Below, piece after piece: positions 58,981 through 64,000 of a stretch of 64,000 nt of DNA. The DNA comes from an uncultured bacterium (GTDB lineage: Bacteria > UBP4 > UBA4092): assembly GCA_963768165.1 (NCBI GenBank), contig CAVYHJ010000002.1, forward strand, positions 128,676 through 192,675, written 5' to 3'. A program made the translations under genes and the position numbers. Each line of letters starts with the position of its first letter. The stretch's first letter is position 1. The notes under the pieces are model-generated. The model had not been told where the DNA came from and did not search any database. It worked only from the letters and a program-made list of their open reading frames with translations.

Positions 58981-59661
58981 TTATTTCCCGGAATTTCCAT
59001 GGACAATTACTGTAAATTCCCCTTTGACGGCGCGTTCCGGCAGATGAGAGATAATTTCCTGAACGGGGGCGCGGAGAATTTCCTCAAATTTTTTAGTCAA
59101 TTCGCGCGCAAGGGTCATGGTACGATTTCCCAATACTTCTGCTATATCTTCGAGGAGCGCTTGGATACGGTAAGGCGATTCATAAAAGACAAGAGTACAT
59201 TCCAATTCTTTCAAAGTTTCCAAGACTTTTTTTCGAGCTACGGTTTTTCGCGGAAGAAAACCAATAAATAGAAAGGAATCCGTTGGTAATCCGGAAACGG
59301 AAAGGGCGGTAATCATGGCGGTGACTCCCGGGATGGGAACGACCGGAATTTTTTCTTGGATAGCGCATTGAATCAAGTGATACCCCGGATCGGAGATACC
59401 GGGCGTACCAGCGTCCGAAACCAGGGCGATATTTTTACCGGAGAGTAACTGATGCACCAATTGCGGGGCTTTGAGATGTTTATTATGGTCGTGATAACTG
59501 GTTAAGGGTTTATGGATATCAAAATGGTTTAAGAGATGGAGGGAATGGCGGGTATCTTCGGCGGCGATTAAATCCACTTCTTTAAGAATTCGCAAGGCGC
59601 GCAGCGTAATATCTTCGAGATTTCCGATGGGTGTTGAAATGACATAGAGGGTTCCCGGCAT
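58981..59661 (-). CDS. rsmI: 16S rRNA (cytidine1402-2'-O)-methyltransferase.
   Basis: YVISTPIGNLEDITLRAL...AAEDTR motifs of the RsmI tetrapyrrole-methylase-like family. Confidence 0.85.
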   Translation of the reverse strand: MPGTLYVISTPIGNLEDITLRALRILKEVDLIAAEDTRHSLHLLNHFDIHKPLTSYHDHNKHLKAPQLVHQLLSGKNIALVSDAGTPGISDPGYHLIQCAIQEKIPVVPIPGVTAMITALSVSGLPTDSFLFIGFLPRKTVARKKVLETLKELECTLVFYESPYRIQALLEDIAEVLGNRTMTLARELTKKFEEILRAPVQEIISHLPERAVKGEFTVIVHGNSGK

Positions 59662-59854
59662 AAACTAGTTTATACGGTTTTCATTTATTTCCAAAAAGTT
59701 TTGTCATTCCATGCTGAAAGACCCAAAATACCCAACAGAATTAACAGCATGATATAGACTACATATCCAACTTCCATAATACTCCTCTCCAATTACATAG
59801 TTAACGGTTTGCCCAGTTATTATACCTTGAAACGCACCAAAACGTTGATGTCGG

Positions 59855-60931
59855 TTATTTTCCGATTACCGAACCATCCGGCGAAATTTTCTTGACCCGT
59901 TCAAGACCGGTATAGACCAACGCTAACAGTTGGGTTGATAATTTACCATTGGGCGGCAATTTTTTCTGATTGCCTTCTTTAATGACTTGGGGGAACCCGC
60001 CGGTAATGGCGTAACTGGTCCAGGGTTCCAGCGCCAGATTATAGGTACGGCTGTACCACGGGTATCCATACCCACCGCCAAAAACCATCCAGTACCAGAT
60101 ATGCGGGAACACCTTTTTATCCCAGCACATCCCGAATCCGATTTTCTTTTTCGCATTCGTGATTCCATACCAGCCATCTTCCAATTCGGTAATAAATGCC
60201 ATATCAAAAGACTGGGAGGATTTCGAGGGAATACGGGACAAGTCAACTTTACTGACGCCATCCACGGCGGTGGCCATAGGCCAATCCGCATAAATCGCCG
60301 GTTGCAGCCGATTGGTGGTAGAGACATTATCCACCGATTCCACTTTTTTTGCAGGCACATCAATAATACAATGCTCATCGAGAAAGGGTTCGCCAATCGC
60401 GGGATGGTGTCCCCACATAAAATCCATTTCTTCCCCGCCCTCGTTGGTCACCGTTTCTTCCATAAATAAAACCGGTTGGTTTTGTTTCAGTCGTAGAGTT
60501 TTTTCAATTAGGAAGGGCGTGCGATAAGTCCGCACCCAAAATTTCACGGCAATTTCATCCGGTTCATCTTTACAAATTTGATATTGCCAGGGAATCAAAC
60601 TCACTTCGCCATGCAATCCCCATTCCGCCTCTTTATTTTTGGACGCCACACTCCCCACGGGAAAAATTTCCTGCCATCCCCCGTGATAATAATCCATAAA
60701 GAAACCCTGTTCCGGGGAATTAGACGGGACAAAATCGGATGGGTGATGAAAACCAATTGGCGACCGCCACATAAAATCCATATCCATGGGTTTATACAAA
60801 AACTCAAAAATATCTGTTCCTTTATCTACCAGGATACTGACCCGCAGGAGTTCATTTTCCATGATTACCGTTCGGAATCCATGGAAGGTATATGCATCCG
60901 TCACGCGACAACCATAATTTCGCAAATTCAT
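59855..60931 (-). CDS. Aldose-1-epimerase-like (galactose mutarotase-like fold) protein.
   Basis: Beta-sandwich mutarotase-like motifs. The preferred start is ATG 60931, preceded by an AGGAGGA RBS. The track start is 60982. Confidence 0.45.
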   Translation of the reverse strand: MNLRNYGCRVTDAYTFHGFRTVIMENELLRVSILVDKGTDIFEFLYKPMDMDFMWRSPIGFHHPSDFVPSNSPEQGFFMDYYHGGWQEIFPVGSVASKNKEAEWGLHGEVSLIPWQYQICKDEPDEIAVKFWVRTYRTPFLIEKTLRLKQNQPVLFMEETVTNEGGEEMDFMWGHHPAIGEPFLDEHCIIDVPAKKVESVDNVSTTNRLQPAIYADWPMATAVDGVSKVDLSRIPSKSSQSFDMAFITELEDGWYGITNAKKKIGFGMCWDKKVFPHIWYWMVFGGGYGYPWYSRTYNLALEPWTSYAITGGFPQVIKEGNQKKLPPNGKLSTQLLALVYTGLERVKKISPDGSVIGK

Positions 60932-61119
60932 CAGAATTCCTCCTCTGCTGATAATAATACGCAAAGGCAAGAATATCGTCAATGTTTGCTCAAATGTAGT
61001 CCGATTCTATAAGAAATAAAAGCGAAAGAATACAAAGACTCTCCTTCTGGACTATAATATCTACAAGCTCCCCGGACAGGAGATATATAAATCAAGAGAA
61101 TGAAAGCGAAATATTTTTT

Positions 61120-61920
61120 ATGTTTGCAAAAATAATTACCGGATTTTTCTGGGACAGTTACGACAATTTGGGAAAGCTCTTAGTGGCGAATTTGGTTTGG
61201 TTTTTGTGTAACCTGCCAGGATTTATGTTGGGGTATGGGATATTTCATATACCCTTGAATCTATTTTGGATTTTTCTACTGCTCCCGTTTGCGTTATTTT
61301 CTGTTACCACTATGGGGCTGTATCATTTCACATCTCTCCTTGTAGAACAAAAGCAAATTGGAGTAAAAGAATTATTTCTCGGCATGAAAAAATACGGCGT
61401 GAGAGGAACTTTATACTCCTGTGTGCTTGTTTTGGGATTTTTTGTTTTATTGGTCAATATCGATTTTTATCTGAATCTATCGTTAGGATTTCACTGGATT
61501 GGCGCGATACTAGGGGGATTTGCTTTTTGGGTCAGTTTATTTATATTATTGGTTTGTCAATATTTTTTCCCGATATTAGTCAAACAGGATTTACCGATTA
61601 AAAAACTGTTATTGCGCTCCTCTCTTTTGGTTTTGGACAATTTCGGAATTAGCCTGTTGATTGCATTGAACTCACTGGGATTATTGATATTGACCATCAT
61701 AACCGGCGTAGGACCGATCCTGTTTACCATGTCTTTGTTTACCTTATTTGCCAACAACGCATTATATGAAGTACTGGCGAAATATGATAAACAACCGCAA
61801 CCGACCTTAAAACCGGGAGAGAAACCAACATCCTGGCATCAAATTTTGCCTAAAGAAAAGCCCAAATGGCGACATGAAAATCGAGGTTGGAAAGATATCT
61901 TACGACCTTGGGATATGTAG
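61120..61920 (+). CDS. Hypothetical integral membrane protein (about 6 TM helices; DUF624/YesL-like, uncertain).
   Basis: Hydrophobic helices only. Its stop codon TAG lies inside the family A palindrome. Confidence 0.45.
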   Translation: MFAKIITGFFWDSYDNLGKLLVANLVWFLCNLPGFMLGYGIFHIPLNLFWIFLLLPFALFSVTTMGLYHFTSLLVEQKQIGVKELFLGMKKYGVRGTLYSCVLVLGFFVLLVNIDFYLNLSLGFHWIGAILGGFAFWVSLFILLVCQYFFPILVKQDLPIKKLLLRSSLLVLDNFGISLLIALNSLGLLILTIITGVGPILFTMSLFTLFANNALYEVLAKYDKQPQPTLKPGEKPTSWHQILPKEKPKWRHENRGWKDILRPWDM

Positions 61921-61944
61921 AGACGTAACATATTACGTCTCTAC
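61917..61944. repeat. Family A palindrome, copy 4 (GTAGAGACGTAACATATTACGTCTCTAC, with one central mismatch). It supplies the stop codon of the upstream gene and is followed by TTATTG.
   Basis: 27 of 28 positions match the other copies. Confidence 0.85.
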
Positions 61945-62532
61945 TTATTGACATCCTACCGGACGCCACTCATACGGGTCTGAATGTTTTTGTGAACGCC
62001 AGATATTTCCGAAACTAACTGTTCCATTACTGGGGTCGTACTCAATGACACTATCACACGGATTCACATCAGGGGAATCTGTGGCATTATTCCAATAAGA
62101 ACCATCCGGTCCAATGGAACACATGCGCCAATCCCCATAAGCGTCCAAATAATCTTGGGTATATTCATCCCAAATCAGATTATGATAGGTATAAACAGCT
62201 TCATCGGCTGCCGTTCCAGGTTGTTTAAAGGGATCGAGGGGACGGGCGTTGGTGACATAGGCAATGGGGGTGCTGATGGTGATAGGGAGAATCCCTTGGG
62301 GGTCATTAGGAATCGGGTCATTGGGATAGGGCGTGGTCAAGGGATAATCATTGTTGTCTACTTCGTAGGCTTCGACTGCCGTAGCCATGGTTTGTAATTC
62401 TGCACGAACCCGTGCCACTTTAGCCCGTACCTGCGCTGCCAAGAAATTGGGGATAGTAATGGCAGCGAGAATGGCGATAATAGCTACCACGATAAGCAAT
62501 TCAATTAAGGTAAAACCTTTACTCTGTTTCAT
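61945..62532 (-). CDS. Prepilin-type N-terminal cleavage/methylation domain protein, a paralog of the 41255..41800 gene.
   Basis: GFTLIELLIVVAIIAILAAITIPNF class III signal. Downstream segments (IAYV..PLDPF, YDPSNGTVSFGNI) are shared with the other copy. Confidence 0.8.
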   Translation of the reverse strand: MKQSKGFTLIELLIVVAIIAILAAITIPNFLAAQVRAKVARVRAELQTMATAVEAYEVDNNDYPLTTPYPNDPIPNDPQGILPITISTPIAYVTNARPLDPFKQPGTAADEAVYTYHNLIWDEYTQDYLDAYGDWRMCSIGPDGSYWNNATDSPDVNPCDSVIEYDPSNGTVSFGNIWRSQKHSDPYEWRPVGCQ

Positions 62533-62659
62533 TTTAGATTATTTAAGTATAGCTCACTTTATACCATATTGAGGGGGTGCAGGATAAGACAGAAATAAAT
62601 TAAAGCATTGCAGATTTTAAATTGTAGATTTAAAAGACTAGAAGATAATTGAAGGAAGT

Positions 62660-62688
62660 CGTCGGGAAATCTACTACACTTCCCGACG
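62660..62688. repeat. Hairpin family B copy 3 (CGTCGGGAA-N11-TTCCCGACG).
   Basis: Read directly. It lies 30 bp 3' of the Kelch gene stop. Confidence 0.6.
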
Positions 62689-62717
62689 CTTTAAAACGGG
62701 GGCAACATTCATTTGTG

Positions 62718-63890
62718 TTACTTTGATTTGAGGTCGAGCACCCAGACATCATTCAGTGAATGATCAGAAGCAGTAACGCCTCCAAAGATAGTCATCCGAT
62801 TTTTGGTAGCATCGTAGACCGCAGTATGAACGCTTCGCCCCGCCGGAGGCTTTCCTCCCGGAAAAATCTGTGTCCAAGCGAAAGTCTTTCCCAGTCCATT
62901 GGCATGGCTGAGCACCCAGACATCATTTAGAAAGGATCCATTATCTCCGCCAAAGACAATCATCCGATTATTGGTAGCATCATAGACCGCAGTAGGCAAT
63001 TGTCGTCCCGATGGGAGACGTCCGGTTCCGGTCGGAGAGAGTTTTGTCCAAGCGGGCGTTCCTCCCAGTCCATTGGCATTGCTGAGCACCCATACATCAT
63101 TCAGATAACTACTACCATTCCAACCCCCAAAGATCGTCATCCGATTATGGTCAGCATCGTAGACGGCAGTATGGGCGTATCGTTCTGCCGGGAGACCATT
63201 GCTAGGATCAGGATTCGGAGTGAGCTTTATCCAAGCAGGCGTTCCCCCCAGTCCACTAGCATTCCTAAGTACCCATACATCATTCAGTAAACCTGAAGAA
63301 CCATTATTATTACTACCCCCAAAGATAATCATCCGATTATTGGTAGCATCGTAGACGGCAGTATGAGCATAGCGTATCTCTGGAACATTTCCGGTTGGAG
63401 AGAGTTGTGTCCAAGTGGAAGGAGTTTTATCCCGTCCATTGGCATTGCTAAGTACCCACACATCATTCAGACGAGTATCATAATTAGTCCCCCCAAAGAT
63501 AATCATCTGATTATTGGCAGTATCGTAGACGGCAGTATGATGTTGTCGCACTGGCGGAGGTTCTCCTCCCGGAAAGATCTGTTTCCAAGTGGGAGTTTCT
63601 TCCAGCCCATTAGTATCGCTGAACAACCACACATCCCCCAAAAAGTCGCCATTACTATGAGGCCGTCCGCCAAAGATCGTCATCCGATTATTGGTAGCGT
63701 CGTAAACCGCACTATGGCCGTATCGTGTGGTTGGGGGTTCACCTGCCGGAAAAAGTTGTTTCCAAGCGGGAGTTTGTGCCTGTGTTACATTGGTTTTCCC
63801 CGAGTTCATTGGCTGTGCGGAACACCCACATATCAAGGAGAGAAAAAAGATCGCGCTAGCTAAAACAAGATTGTTATATTTAAAAAACAT
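62718..63890 (-). CDS. Kelch-repeat beta-propeller lipoprotein.
   Basis: Lipoprotein signal LSLICGCSA, and seven or more Kelch-like repeats (YGHSAVYDATNNRMTIFGG...NDVWVL). The preferred start is ATG 63890 with an AAGGGAGGTG RBS. The track start is 63941. Confidence 0.7.
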   Translation of the reverse strand: MFFKYNNLVLASAIFFLSLICGCSAQPMNSGKTNVTQAQTPAWKQLFPAGEPPTTRYGHSAVYDATNNRMTIFGGRPHSNGDFLGDVWLFSDTNGLEETPTWKQIFPGGEPPPVRQHHTAVYDTANNQMIIFGGTNYDTRLNDVWVLSNANGRDKTPSTWTQLSPTGNVPEIRYAHTAVYDATNNRMIIFGGSNNNGSSGLLNDVWVLRNASGLGGTPAWIKLTPNPDPSNGLPAERYAHTAVYDADHNRMTIFGGWNGSSYLNDVWVLSNANGLGGTPAWTKLSPTGTGRLPSGRQLPTAVYDATNNRMIVFGGDNGSFLNDVWVLSHANGLGKTFAWTQIFPGGKPPAGRSVHTAVYDATKNRMTIFGGVTASDHSLNDVWVLDLKSK

Positions 63891-64000
63891 TTTACCACCT
63901 CCCTTATTGTGGTTTTCGTACTTGCAATCAATCAAGCACAACAGATATTATTCACATACTAATTTATATGTCAAGTTTAAATAGTTTTTACCAAATGCTT

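Overview
This is a 64 kb bacterial chromosomal window of about 45-50% GC with three clearly AT-rich insertions. The gene content and the prepilin-type proteins suggest a PVC-superphylum or candidate-phylum organism. All gene calls are inferred from motifs read by eye and should be confirmed by profile searches.

Gene content, left to right:
- A minus-strand envelope/exopolysaccharide locus: an LpxL-like acyltransferase, a Wzx flippase, a Wzc-like tyrosine kinase co-polymerase, a DUF362 protein and a Wza-like exporter.
- A FHA-GAF-GAF-HD-GYP c-di-GMP phosphodiesterase, an MscS channel and a bPH_2/SHOCT membrane protein.
- A giant DUF2723-like GT-C/TPR membrane protein, plus TPR and PDZ proteins.
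- A Dpm1-like GT2 and GT-C glycosyltransferase pair, followed by a block of secreted enzymes: a C1 cysteine peptidase with 8 LVIVD repeats; three tandem GH-clan-A-like paralogs; a second GT2; a B12-binding radical SAM enzyme; and three tandem S53/sedolisin-like peptidase paralogs, the first carrying PKD and Kelch domains.
- metK and ahcY, and two prepilin-type (pseudopilin-like) genes.
- A long minus-strand catabolic array: two class-III aminotransferases, an NCS1 permease, a carbon-nitrogen hydrolase, an ALDH, MeaB, a split methylmalonyl-CoA mutase, an epimerase and a family III CoA-transferase.
- rsmI and a Kelch beta-propeller lipoprotein.

Most notable observations:
1. A 3.2 kb AT-rich three-gene island sits between the B12-binding and catalytic subunits of methylmalonyl-CoA mutase. 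It encodes a DUF4062(TIR-like)-GAF protein, a Cys-rich zinc-ribbon protein and a 273-aa unknown. Its edge carries a consensus sigma70 promoter, a perfect 26-bp palindrome and an iteron-like heptamer array. This is a candidate undescribed defence or signalling module.
2. The three S53 peptidase paralogs were duplicated together with the 3' end of the upstream radical SAM gene. The two 3' stubs left behind differ from the parent almost only at synonymous sites, and each peptidase has its own -35/-10 promoter. The four secreted peptidases share a C-terminal DWM(F/L/Q)Y tail.
3. Several families of short structured repeats recur:
   - A perfect 28-bp palindrome GTAGAGACGTAACATGTTACGTCTCTAC in four copies, one inserted in-frame in the lpxL-like CDS.
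   - A CGTCGGGAA...TTCCCGACG hairpin family in four copies.
   - Roughly 100-bp MITE-like TGTCATT...AATGACA elements filling every intergenic gap around a small GIY-YIG nuclease gene inside the mutase operon.
   - A 26-bp AAACTTTCY-N8-RGAAAGTTT operator-like palindrome found upstream of both the GH-like genes and a prepilin gene.
4. A 7-bp x4 tandem repeat lies inside the GT-C glycosyltransferase CDS and could drive slipped-strand phase variation.
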